A stretch of 64,000 bases of DNA from Naegleria gruberi. Taxonomy: Eukaryota. Below are positions 9,760 to 20,786 of the stretch, in pieces (the first letter of the stretch is position 1; every line of letters starts with the position of its first letter). The translations under genes and the position numbers were made by a program. The notes under the pieces were generated by a model. That model did not search any database, was not told the DNA's origin, and saw only the letters and a program-made list of their open reading frames with translations. Location: the NCBI GenBank assembly GCA_000004985.1, contig GG738862.1; one strand, given 5' to 3'.

Positions 9760-12332
9760 ATGGTCAAGGAAGGATATTTATACAAACAAGAAAAAAGTGC
9801 TTTACGTAAAACACCTCACTGGCAAAAGTATTACTGTATATTAACAGCCGATCGTTTGGATCTATACGAAAAGGAAGGAACGAAAGGTGTGAAATTTACC
9901 CTCAAAATTAAAGATAAATATGTTTCGGAAGGATGTGATAATTTTTGTAGAAAAGTAGATACTTTCAAGATTGAAGAATCAACCAGTATGTTGTTCATGT
10001 TGTTTTTCATCATGATTTTAATCAATTTTATTATATTTGTTAATATTACTATTGTAATATTGTTATTTGTGCTTTTTATGGAATATTTAATATATTTAAT
10101 ATATTGTAAAATGTGAAATTAATAGAAAAGGTACATTATTTTAATTGTGGTTCACCTGCAGAATGTAAAGCTTGGATGAATATGTTGGCAATTCATGGAG
10201 CTAATCCAATTCAACCAACCTATCAATCAAAGGAACATTTATTCAGTACTGATTTGAATGATTTATTGGAATTTGATGATTGGTTGAAGGAAGTTAAGAA
10301 GGATTTGCCAAAATCATCTCCTACTATTATTCATTCTGGATTGACATTTATTTATGATAAGAAGGAAAAGCAATTTGTTCCAAGATTATTCCTCTTTTTG
10401 GAAAATGGTATAATTTGCTATTTTAGTAAGGATTCCGTAAGTATCTTGTTGATTTCTAATCTATTAATGTGCATTTTGATTAGAAAAAACAAATAGCTCA
10501 ATTCCCAACTCATGAATCCCAAATGAATATTTTCACACAAGCTCCAAGTGTATTGGGTCAACCAGTTTCAGTTTCTCAAAAATCCGAAACTTCTGCTGAA
10601 GGTCATTTGGATGTTACCTTACTATCACCAATCACATCTATCATTTCTGTAAAACACTTTGAAAAGATGCTTCTTTCTACAACTTATTCTGAAACTGCTT
10701 GTGATGTAATCTCCAAGTATAGATTCAATTTTATTACAAATTGTAAGTGACCTATTCATTATAATGATATTGACCTATTTTAAAGATGATGAAACCATCA
10801 TGATGATGGCTAAGGAAAAGGGAGAAATCTTAAAGTTTATTGAATGTTTCCAAAAGAGTGGCGCCAAAGTTAAAATTACAATCAGACACATCAATGAAGA
10901 TATTGATAAGGGAGATTTCACTCGTGATAGTCCACTCTTAGCTGATGTCAAGGATAGCACCAAAGTTTCATTGGGAAAGGGTAAAATTACTGAATCATTC
11001 AATGCCATGAATAAGATTGAAGTTACTGTTGAACAAGATGAAATTGTTGACATTATTGAAAATCACAAACATTTGGGAATTACCTTGATTAGAAAGACTG
11101 ATAATACTCTTGCTCAAGGTTTGGTTCCTTCTGGAAGTGTAAAGGAATTGAGAAAGAAGGAAATTCCAAAGAATCTCACTGATGGACAAAAGAAAAAGAC
11201 TGCCTCCAATCGTAGACTTCCAGATCGTAATACTAAGAATATTAGTGATAATCTTGCACTTGTTGAAATGCAACACGAATGGAATGAAAGCGTCATTGAT
11301 AGAAAGGGACCAAAATCCAAGCCTCCAGAAATGCCACCTTACGAGCTCACTAAGGAAGACAAGAGTATCTCTATACCTCCATCTCCTCCTCGTCGTTTCA
11401 CTCCAGAAATTGAATCTGCATTCAAGAAGGTTACAACCCCAGAAGTCCCATCTCGCTCAGTACCTTCACAAGATAGCAAGCCATCCTTTGCTTCTAAGCA
11501 ACCACCGCCATCACTCCCTTCAGATAATACTCCATCAAGCACAGGTACTGGACCAAAGCTTCCACCTGGAGCTTTCAATCCATTGGCTGGTAGAGGATTT
11601 GCTCTTCCAGGTTTGAAGACTGGAACTACTCCATCTACACCTCTCTCAGATTCTGGTATTTCACCATCTATTGGTTCCTCTTCAACACCAACATCTTCTC
11701 AGGAAGATAAATCCATTGATAACTTTGAAGGTTTGAGAAAGGAAAATGCTAGCTTGAAGAAACAAATCGAAACTGAAAAGGAAAACTCTGAATATTTGGA
11801 AACTCAATTAGGTCAATTGAGAGGAGAAATCTCAACTCTCAAACAAAGAAATCAAGTTTTGGAAAAGGAAAATAATGAAAATTCCACCAAATTGAAAACC
11901 TTGCAAGGATCGACTCAATCCAACGATCAAGTACAAAAGATCAATTCCCTCCTCGATACCATTAACAAGATGAAAGACGAACACGAAAAACAAATGGAAA
12001 ATCTCAAAAGGGAACACTTGGAGGAATTAGATAGAACTATTAGAAAGACCAAATTAGAAGTTGAAACTGAATCAAAGAAACAAGAATCAGCTCCTGAGGT
12101 TCCAAAGAAACCACCTCGTCCAGGTGCATTCGGAGCAAGTTTGACTCCAGTGAGTCCAGGAGGTTCCTCTTCATCTCTAGATGATCTCAAACGTGAACTC
12201 GAACAAGAACGATCCAAGAGAATGGAAGAAACCAAGGAATTGAAGGAACAATTGAGATCCATGTCTAAGAAATTGGAATTTGAAAGGGAACAACTTCGTC
12301 CACTCATGGAATGGGTTCAAACTAAAAAGTAA
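9760..12332 (+). CDS. PH-domain protein with long C-terminal coiled coil (4 exons, 780 aa)
   Basis: Model: join(9760..9985, 10126..10436, 10484..10742, 10786..12332).
- Introns: 9986-10125 (GTATGT...aattaatag), 10437-10483 (GTAAGT...ttgattag), 10743-10785 (GTAAGT...ttttaaag).
- All phases are consistent; total 2343 nt = 781 codons.
- N-terminus MVKEGYLYKQEKSALRKTPHWQKYYCIL...KVHYFNCGSPAECKAWMNMLAIHG is a PH-domain signature.
- The C-terminus is heptad-rich with KEN/ELK repeats. Confidence 0.6.
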
Positions 12333-12423
12333 ATTATTCCTTTCTCCAAAATGTAATAATAATAAATTGAGTTGATTAATTCTACGAATGAATTTAATCT
12401 GTAATCCTTATATAATACTATTG

Positions 12424-13257
12424 CTACCGTATCATATGTTGTCTATTGAGATTATGTCTGCACATTAGAAATAATGCCAACATGATGCAAAGGTCATTCG
12501 ATCGATATTTGATCTTTTTCCTGATAGACCTTTCAGTTATCTTTCCATTTTCAATCAATAAATTCATGTCAATAATTTTCCTTAAATATGAAATCCCCAC
12601 AGCCATCAAAAACGACAATACTGACAATGTCACTGAATACCCAATAAAATAATAGACATTATTCCATTCCTTCCTCCATCCAAAAACATCTTTAAATCTC
12701 GAACTCACATCACACTTATTAGGAAATGGTTCAATTACCCTAATCAGACATGAATTTGATCCACTCACAAAATAAAATCTATTTCTATAACCCAACTCTT
12801 CAAAGCCACTTCTTCCAATTGCCGAATTCGCCAACAATTCACTAACACTATTCAAAACAAATAGAAAAGCCATCAATGAAAATGCAAACACAGCCATCAC
12901 TGTTCCAATCTGTATCAAAATACTAACAATCTCAAACTGTTGATCCGACATGGTGAAGAATATTTTCCTCCTCTCTCTAATTAATTTCCTTTTAAAATTT
13001 GATTCTTTGGGAGGCGTTAGGTGTTGTGAATTATCTTCATCCTCATCATCCTCATCATCCTCATCATTCATCACATTATCATCATCATTTAAATAATATT
13101 TTAATTTCCAAAATTCATCGGAAGATGATTTTGCATGCCAAGCTTTGTTGATCAGTGAAAGAGATAAATTATGAGAAAAATCGTGGAAGTTTACAAATTG
13201 CCACACCACTGACCATTCATCTTGATTCAAAACTCGTTGTTGATTGCTTGTTTCCAT
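12424..13257 (-). CDS. hypothetical membrane protein with F-box-like N-terminus and acidic (D/E) tract
   Basis: ATG at 13257-13255. The acidic tract is encoded by a GAT/GAG-rich DNA run at 13030-13090. Two hydrophobic helices (IVSILIQIGTVMAVFAFSLMAFLFVL; YFIGYSVTLSVLSFLMAVGI). No known catalytic motif. Confidence 0.4.
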   Translation of the reverse strand: METSNQQRVLNQDEWSVVWQFVNFHDFSHNLSLSLINKAWHAKSSSDEFWKLKYYLNDDDNVMNDEDDEDDEDEDNSQHLTPPKESNFKRKLIRERRKIFFTMSDQQFEIVSILIQIGTVMAVFAFSLMAFLFVLNSVSELLANSAIGRSGFEELGYRNRFYFVSGSNSCLIRVIEPFPNKCDVSSRFKDVFGWRKEWNNVYYFIGYSVTLSVLSFLMAVGISYLRKIIDMNLLIENGKITERSIRKKIKYRSNDLCIMLALFLMCRHNLNRQHMIR

Positions 13258-13576
13258 TTTTTTTTAATTATTTAAATAGTAGTTAAATAGTTAAATACTC
13301 AAGTTTACAACAAATATCAAATGATTATTTCCACACATTTTCGGTGGACACACCATGTATATTATGAGGAAAAACACTTTGAAATAACAGTTAAGCATGT
13401 TGCTTCTTTTGCGTACAATATATAACTCCTAGCACAATCCAAAATATCCGCCTCCATTTTCACTCAAATTCCACTCAATGGTTGCGTGCGACTTCCTCGG
13501 TTGCACTTTTAACTATTTTAAATATCTCCCAATCTGTTGCATCTTTGAATTCCACAATATTGAAATAATCAAACAA

Positions 13577-14662
13577 ATGTCTCAACAACAATTACCTGCT
13601 GTTCAAACCGTTGCACTTCTCAATGCTCCAAATCAAGATTTGGTGATTGAAACTCAATTGAAATTGCCACCAATTGGGGAGAATGATGTTTTGGTTAGAA
13701 ATTTGTATGCTGGTGTAAATCCGTTGGATGTTGCCTTTAGAAGAACTGGAATGTATATTTCCTCATATCCTGCAATTCTTGGAGTTGACTGTAAGTTGTA
13801 AACTTTACAATATTTCAATAATTTCAATTTGAATCAATATTGTGCAGTTAGTGGAATTGTTGCTGGTGTTGGATCCAAAGTTACTCAATTTAAAATTGGT
13901 GATTCAGTTAGTGGATGCACTTTTGGTGATTTCAGAGGAACTTATGCTCAATATATTGTTGCACCAGAATCAATGACCTTTCTCAATCCAAGCAAGTTAC
14001 CACACGAGTTGACTGCATCTGTTGGTGTTACCTTCTTGACTGCTTATCAAATTCTTTTGAAATATTTACCAAATGATGTGGAAAATGTTAAAGAACACAA
14101 AGGTTCTTTGAAAGGAAAGAAGATTCTCTTGATTGGTGGAAGTGGAGGTGTTGGTTTGTGTGCAATTCTTCTTGCCAAGCACTATTTCCAAGCTACTGAA
14201 ATTGTTTCCATTTCCTCCAATAGAAATATTGAATTTCTTACCAAATTAGGAGTTGACCGTGTTTTGGATTATAGCAAGGGAAAGGATCATTTAATCAATG
14301 AATTAGAAACTTTGAAAGATCACTTTGATCTCGTTGCTGATCTCATTGGTGGCTATCATGAATACTATCATGTTGAAATTTTAAAGAAAGATCAAGAATC
14401 TCAATTTGTTTCCATCATTCCACACAATGCCAAGCAAAACAGTGGAAAAGTATTTGGATGTGAGAGAACATTCACATTGATTGCGAGTGGTTCTAGAATC
14501 CAATATGAGAATATCTTGAATTTCCTTGCTGAGAATGAAAATGTCTGGAAACAAATTCCACTTCATGTTTTCAAATTGGAAAATGTAATGCAAGCTCATG
14601 ATTTGAGTGAGAGTAAGAGAACTGTTGGAAAGATTATTCTCGAAATTCCTCAAACTTTGTAA
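13577..14662 (+). CDS. zinc-type alcohol dehydrogenase / quinone oxidoreductase (MDR superfamily), 2 exons
   Basis: Model: join(13577..13790, 13848..14662).
- Intron 13791-13847 (GTAAGTtg...attgtgcag, phase 1) restores ...LGVD-F-SGIVAGVGSKV, the MDR substrate-domain motif.
- Rossmann GxGxxG: LLIGGSGGVGLCAILLAKH.
- ATG at 13577 (MSQQQLPAVQ); the ORF-track start at 13478 is upstream out-of-context.
- Total 1029 nt = 343 codons. Confidence 0.75.
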
Positions 14663-14746
14663 ATTATCCAAATTGAGAGAAGTTCAATAACAAATGTCAA
14701 ATATAGTAATAAACGAAACAATTTATTTTTTACAATTTGTAAAGTG

Positions 14747-15883
14747 TTATAATTGTGAATTATCGTGTGTATGAAATATTACATCTGGAAAAGATGAAGA
14801 ATTTTCAAGAGCTTTCTTCAAATTCATATCTGGAAAATGTTTGAAATTTCCAAAATTGAAAATCATTGAAAGATTATAAAAATCATTTCTACAAAAAGCA
14901 AACCATTCTTGCTCCAATTCTTGGATTTCCATTTTCTTTTCGTTTTTCAATACTTTGGAAAGTAATTTTTCTGCAAACTTGATGGAATAGTGAGATGGCC
15001 TTCTATTGTCAATTTCACATTTCATGCCAGCCTTGTAAATTGGTTGTTGAGCTGATGGAATTGAAGAGAAATGATTGGCATTTAGATCATATGGATAAGT
15101 AGCTTTGTAAATAATTTCCCTGTCAAATGTAATTGTCATGACACCACAATTTTCATCCTTATTGAGATATTCAGAATATTCCAAGAAATGACCATCGTAA
15201 TCAAATCTTTGAATGAAATTAGATTTGGTTATATCTAATTGATAAGTTGAATATTGGCCTTCCATTCCATCTAGCTCACTTCTTTCGAATTTAGTTATTC
15301 TATAGGTTGGAATTTCACCATTTCCAACCAGCTCACAAACTCTAAATTTCAACACTTCTCGAAAGAATTCCAAATTATCAGATCCAGGAACTACTGAATA
15401 ATATTGGAAATGACCAGAAATTCCCAAATATTCCATCATTATATCCCAAGAAGCTCTATCACTATACGAAAGCTGGCTAATTCCAACAATTTCATTAATT
15501 TCAGCAATCTTTCTTCTATTTTCTTGAAGAGAATGATATGGACGCCCAAAATTATCACCCAAAAGACTCAACATCAATTCACTTTCATTTTTTTCATTAA
15601 CTTTTTGAATGGTCAACTTGAGTGAATGAATATTTACGGCATGTGGTTGAATATCATCCATTGGCTGATTAGAAATCAATTCAAAGAGACATTTATGCCC
15701 ATCTCTCATATTGGATTCGTAATAATAACGAAAATCGCCTCCTTTGAACTTGTCATAGTTGCCACCACTCATAACTTTCATGCCAACTGCTCCTAAAATA
15801 AAATCACCTCCAAAGATGTGTTTTGGAAAGAGGAGAGGTACTTGGTTGAGTGGTGTAAGTGGTGTGGAATGTTGGTTGCCCAT
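14747..15883 (-). CDS. hypothetical protein, N-myristoylation consensus (MGNQHS)
   Basis: True ATG at 15883-15881. Single 378-aa ORF. N-terminal MGxxxS is a myristoylation consensus. No recognised domain. Confidence 0.5.
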   Translation of the reverse strand: MGNQHSTPLTPLNQVPLLFPKHIFGGDFILGAVGMKVMSGGNYDKFKGGDFRYYYESNMRDGHKCLFELISNQPMDDIQPHAVNIHSLKLTIQKVNEKNESELMLSLLGDNFGRPYHSLQENRRKIAEINEIVGISQLSYSDRASWDIMMEYLGISGHFQYYSVVPGSDNLEFFREVLKFRVCELVGNGEIPTYRITKFERSELDGMEGQYSTYQLDITKSNFIQRFDYDGHFLEYSEYLNKDENCGVMTITFDREIIYKATYPYDLNANHFSSIPSAQQPIYKAGMKCEIDNRRPSHYSIKFAEKLLSKVLKNEKKMEIQELEQEWFAFCRNDFYNLSMIFNFGNFKHFPDMNLKKALENSSSFPDVIFHTHDNSQL

Positions 15884-16041
15884 TTTTATTTTGAAGAGTT
15901 TGTTATTTACCCTATACGAAAGGTTTGGATTTTAGCCGAAACTGTTTCAGGATAATTGGAACCATTCGAAAGTTACATCAGTCAAGAGTAAGCAGTGTCA
16001 AGTAACACTTGTTTTTTACGCGTGTTTATTGATAGTTGTGA

Positions 16042-18941
16042 TTAAGCAATCAATAGTATGGAAAGTAAAATTGCAATCAAAGAAAGTGAAGTTCCAATTC
16101 TATTCGAAACATTTCTTTGATTTCCAGCAATCAACTTATTCATACTACTCACTTCAGAAACCTGATTAATATCCAACGATATTTTCCCAACAGCTCTCAA
16201 AGTATCTGGACGATTCAAATCCTTCATTGAACCCAAATCGAAAATCGAATAAATTGGAATTCCTTTCGAATTTAAACTTCTGCTATCAATATAATCTCCA
16301 TTAATTTCAGAATACAAACTCAATGTAATGGTCAACAGCTTATCATTCAAAAAATCCAAAGTTTGTTTTGGGATGAGTGTGAAATTTGTTGTCATTACTC
16401 CGCACACATCATCCGAACCAATGACAATTTCAGTTGAGTTGAAATAGAGATTGAAAGCTTGAGGTGGAATTCCAGTAAATTGGCACGATTGACCAAAGGT
16501 TGAATCTCTACATTGGCATTGATTGTAATCAACGCATTTTCCATGTCCACCACAAACTCTGTTCAAATCTTTTGAGGAAATTGAGTCACATGTTGTTTCA
16601 GAACAATCGCTTCCTGTCCAATTATTTTGACATTGACAGGTAGAGGACATGGTGCATTTACCATGAGAAGAACAAACATTTGGAGCATTGAATGGAATTC
16701 CATTACAATAAATCATTTCTCCTTCACATCCTGAAAAATCTGAGCTACTGAACTTTCCTTCTGGACATTTGGAGCAATTCTTCCAATCTTCATTGAGAAA
16801 TTCACCTAAATCACATGTGGTTTCTAGTTTTCTTATTTGAGTTGTGAAATGTCCGTTTATCTGATCTAAAAAGTAAATTTCATTATATCCTTTTATGGAA
16901 CCCCGAAGCTCAGGTGTATGGAAATTTGTTAAAGTTCCAACAATGCCACTTGGAGTATATCCAGGATCGAAATCACCATAGACAGTTTGTAAAAGTCCGG
17001 TCTTTTTCGAAACCTTTCGAATTCTATTGTCTTCTGAAAATATAATATCTCCATAAGGAAGAACTACAACTGAAATTGGAGAGATTGCTGCATTGGTTGC
17101 CTTAATTCCATCATGTCCATAATCGGTAGCATCTTTGGAACCTGCAACTATGGTGACTAAACCATTTGAACTAATCTTTTTGATTATACGATTCTTGTAA
17201 TCAGAAACGTAAAAGTCATTTTGTGGACTAATTGTAAATGTTGAACCAGATCCAAGTTGTGTCTGATTGGCAGAGATATTAGATGAGAAAATATCAGAAC
17301 CACCTCCTGCAACCAATCTAATTCGTCCACTTTCGAATGTGAAAATATATGATTGAGCTGAAGCAGACATTAAGAAATAAACTTGACCATTATATGGAGA
17401 AACCATCAGTCCAGATCCCTGACAAACACAAGTTTCCAATTGCAAATCTCCATCCTTAGGAATGCAATGTTGTCCATTTCCAGCGAAAATTGAAATTTCC
17501 TTCGTTTGAGTATTCATTTTGTAAAGCAGTGAATCAGTTGTGAAATAGACAGCTGGTTCAGCATTTGAAGCTGCAAAATTGTAATAATTAATTGCCTTGT
17601 CTCCAGTGAAAAAAGTCTCAACAATTGGAAGAGAATTCACGTCAGCAGATTGAGCAGTTTTTCGGTAGAAATTAATAGAATTGAAATACCATTCATTCGA
17701 ATCAGATTTGTAAACTGCTTTGACAGATCGACTGCTATCAATTTTAGAATAAGCAGCTGGAATACCATCAATGTAATATCCCTTTGATCCAGCAATTGTT
17801 TCAATCTTCCAGTCATTTCTATTAGCAGAGGCCGAGTTTACAATTTTTGCAATTCTTCCTTGTTTTTCTGAGATATACAATTCATTGGTAATTGGAGATA
17901 ATTCAATGTGATAAGGAGAAAGGAACAGCTTGTTAGTGTTCATGCCTTGATCTGGTCGAGGTGATGTATAAATACTTTGAATTCCAGCAGTATTAGAGGT
18001 GATATTACTCATTGCTCTAATATATCCACTTTGGTCAACCTTCATTAGAAAAGTTTGAGAGCCAAAGAAGATTTCCCCAGTCTTGTAATTGATAGTAAAA
18101 GTTCCTAAAGAACCAGATACAGATGTGGCCAGAGCGTTATCTTGTGGAAATCCCTCAAAACCATTTCCCAAGACATTGACCAGTGAGCCATCTTTAATTC
18201 TGAAGAGAGTGTCATGGTAAGCTTCATAGAAATAAATAGTTTCATTATAGACAGAACACGCAGAAATGTCTCTGAATGCAAGGTTTTGTAAATTGGTAAC
18301 AGGTCCCTCAAAATTGAAATATTGTCTTTTATAGAAATTTCCAAAATTAGTATCTAAATATTAAATATAGAAATAACTTACTTGCCACCACCTGCAACAG
18401 TATTAATAATCCTATCTCTAACCCTCTTTATCTTTCTCGATTCTGCAATAATCAAATCACCATTCGCTAGATCAATATCTAAATACCAAGGATTTTCAAG
18501 TTTTGCTTGATTTGCAGGAATATAATTACCATCAAGATAACCACCTCCAGCAAAGAGTGTTTTAGTTTTGGTTGATGCACTGTATTTGTAGACCAAACCT
18601 TGAGAAATATAGTAAATGTCAGATGTCTCTCCATCAACTGTGAAATCCATTGTTTGGAAAATGGATTCGTTTGGAACTGCATCTGTTATTTGACCAGAAG
18701 TTAGATTTAATAGTTTAATGGAGACATAGGTTGTTACAGTTTCGGTTGTAAAGTAAACTAAAGTTTCGTCCTTTGGGTGAAACATAAACTTTTGAGGAAG
18801 GATGACATTATACATGAAAGGAACACTTTCATCAGTTGAGCCAACAATTGTGGAAAGCTTTCGTGTAATACTTGCTGTTGAAATATGCAGAATCAAGAGC
18901 AGTAGGATAATGGTTGTAGATACGAAAGGTTTAGCTTGCAT
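16042..18941 (-). CDS. secreted NHL-repeat / EGF-like surface protein with C-terminal hydrophobic anchor (2 exons, 947 aa)
   Basis: Model: complement join(16042..18325, 18382..18941).
- Exon 1 starts at ATG 18941 with a signal peptide (MQAKPFVSTTIILLLLILHISTA).
- Intron 18326-18381 (56 nt, GTAAGTtatttc...tctataaaag, phase 2). This acceptor is chosen because it completes an NHL repeat: ...TVAGGGK|QYFNFEGPVTNLQNLAFRDISACSVYNETIYFYEAYHDTLFRIKDGSLVNVLGNG.
- Several NHL-like blades, then Cys-rich EGF/laminin-type repeats (CSSHGKCTMSSTCQCQNNWTGSDC...).
- The C-terminal hydrophobic tail (IGTSLSLIAILLSILLIA) is GPI/TM-like.
- Total 2844 nt = 948 codons. Confidence 0.6.
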
Positions 18942-19234
18942 TTTTTTTGAACTGGCTTCGGCATTTCAAAGAGATCTTGCCTTTCTTAAAAGAAAAGTTT
19001 CCAGGTGGTGAATGTTGCGGGATCTATTGGAACGTTTCCTAAACCATCCTGTAAACTAGAATCAGAACTTTTCAGAAGTTAATACTTTACAATCTAAATT
19101 CTTCCCTCCAAAATATTGTACAGAGATGTTGTAACCAAAGAATAGATTGCAAATCAGAATGTCTTATTTGGAAGAACCTTGAGATGATTAAATAATAATT
19201 GTTTTTCGCATTGAAAGCAAAATGAGGACAAAAG

Positions 19235-19270
19235 TGGAGTCATAGGGAATCGAACCCTAGACCTTCTGCA

Positions 19271-19301
<31 letters not shown>

Positions 19302-19307
19302 AACCCC
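19235..19307 (-). tRNA. trnA-UGC: tRNA-Ala (anticodon UGC)
   Basis: The minus strand reads GGGGTTATAGCTCAGTTGGTAGAGCGTCTGCTTTGCATGCAGAAGGTCTAGGGTTCGATTCCCTATGACTCCA. The cloverleaf has a 7-bp acceptor stem with G3:U70 (the Ala identity pair). Anticodon loop TT-TGC-AT, T-loop GGTTCGATTCC, no encoded CCA, 73 nt. Confidence 0.85.
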
Positions 19308-19658
19308 TTCTTGTTCTAATATTAAACTTAGACATTGTATCTGTAATTACTGTCGTTAAGGCTTTGGTTTTTGAAAGCAAGAAAAAGAGCTCTAGAATAG
19401 AGAATACTTGTTCTTGCATGACGAAAAAGAGAATAGAAAATCAAAGCATCCATCATTGATCAACGAATCCTCCACAAATCAAAATGTAAATAATCTTTGA
19501 ATAATACAATTTTTATCTCAATCCCAAAGGATATATTGTAATCAACTGTTCTTACATTGTTCTTGTTGTTAAATTTGTTTCTAGTATTGTTTGGTGAAAA
19601 TCTTCTTTTCCTTTGAAAAAGGATGAATGAGCTCTTCTGGGCAATGTTATGAATCAAA

Positions 19659-20786
19659 TCAGATAGTAAAGAATCCATTTTCGCCTTCTTCAATGTTCAA
19701 CTTTTTCTTTTTCTTTCGAAAAACAAACTCTCCATCAAACTTCCAAACCTTTGAATAATCTTTCCATGAATTGAGTGGCATTATCTCACTCAGAATATTA
19801 GAAATGAATTTTTCACAATCCTTTCTAGAGACACGATCAAAGAGAAGCCATCTCTCAAGAAGTTCTGTTGAATTTTTGAGCGAAGTATTCATTCCTTTAA
19901 CAAGAGTCAAGCCATTCTTTCTACTATTGAAATCGTTAAGAGTTTTGTACAAGGTAACGATGCAAGTATATTCAATTGATCTGTCCTCTTCTTCAAATCT
20001 TGAATAGTTGATTTGGAATAGAAACCATTTTGGAGTTCTTTTCGAAAACCAATAGCCACAGTAATTATCAAAAACAGTGTTATTTGCAGGAACTTGCTCA
20101 TCAGTTGTAAAGTAGTCCAGTTTCATACTTGATTTCTTGTTGTAGTCAATAATAAACACTTGATTGACTAGAGATGATCTTTGATAATTCTCCTCTCCTA
20201 AAGTTACAATATTCAAACTATCCAAAGGTGAATAGTCATCATTATCCCAACTACCTCTATCCATTGGAACTAGCTCTCCCTCAATATATCTTACAGGTCC
20301 ACATTTCCTTTGCAAACTCCAAGCTTGCAACTTTTCTCTACCATACAATTCAATAGCTTTGCAATTATTCAGGTCAGTTTTGAAATTAGCACCAATTCCA
20401 TTCAAAATAGGATCCCAGTATTCAAAGTTTGTTCTCAAAGCTTGATTCCAACTTTGACAAACATGATACGGAGGATGAATCAGCAAGTCAATTCCGGTCA
20501 AATATTCACAAATATGTGAAATAAATGGTGCCAATTTCGCACCAAGTTGTTTTGTAAAAGTGGTGGAAAAACTTGTCTGACTATTCTCAAGCAAAACCTG
20601 TATCAGTTGTTCTGCAAGCTCATTGAATTGATTAATACTGTCATCTGTTGATTGTCTTATCAATTCTATAATATTATCAGCTCTAACTATTAATTGTTCA
20701 TCAGAAGATTTTTCGGAATGAGTCTTTCTCTTCTTTGATTCAGTATCTTCATTGAGTGAGTTGTTGTTGTTCCGTTTATTCACCAT
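19659..20786 (-). CDS. hypothetical protein (375 aa), basic N-terminus
   Basis: ATG at 20786-20784. Single ORF. N-terminal NLS-like KRNNNN...KKRK. The ATG lies 1 nt upstream of the stop codon (20782-20780) of the preceding gene on the same strand. Confidence 0.5.
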   Translation of the reverse strand: MVNKRNNNNSLNEDTESKKRKTHSEKSSDEQLIVRADNIIELIRQSTDDSINQFNELAEQLIQVLLENSQTSFSTTFTKQLGAKLAPFISHICEYLTGIDLLIHPPYHVCQSWNQALRTNFEYWDPILNGIGANFKTDLNNCKAIELYGREKLQAWSLQRKCGPVRYIEGELVPMDRGSWDNDDYSPLDSLNIVTLGEENYQRSSLVNQVFIIDYNKKSSMKLDYFTTDEQVPANNTVFDNYCGYWFSKRTPKWFLFQINYSRFEEEDRSIEYTCIVTLYKTLNDFNSRKNGLTLVKGMNTSLKNSTELLERWLLFDRVSRKDCEKFISNILSEIMPLNSWKDYSKVWKFDGEFVFRKKKKKLNIEEGENGFFTI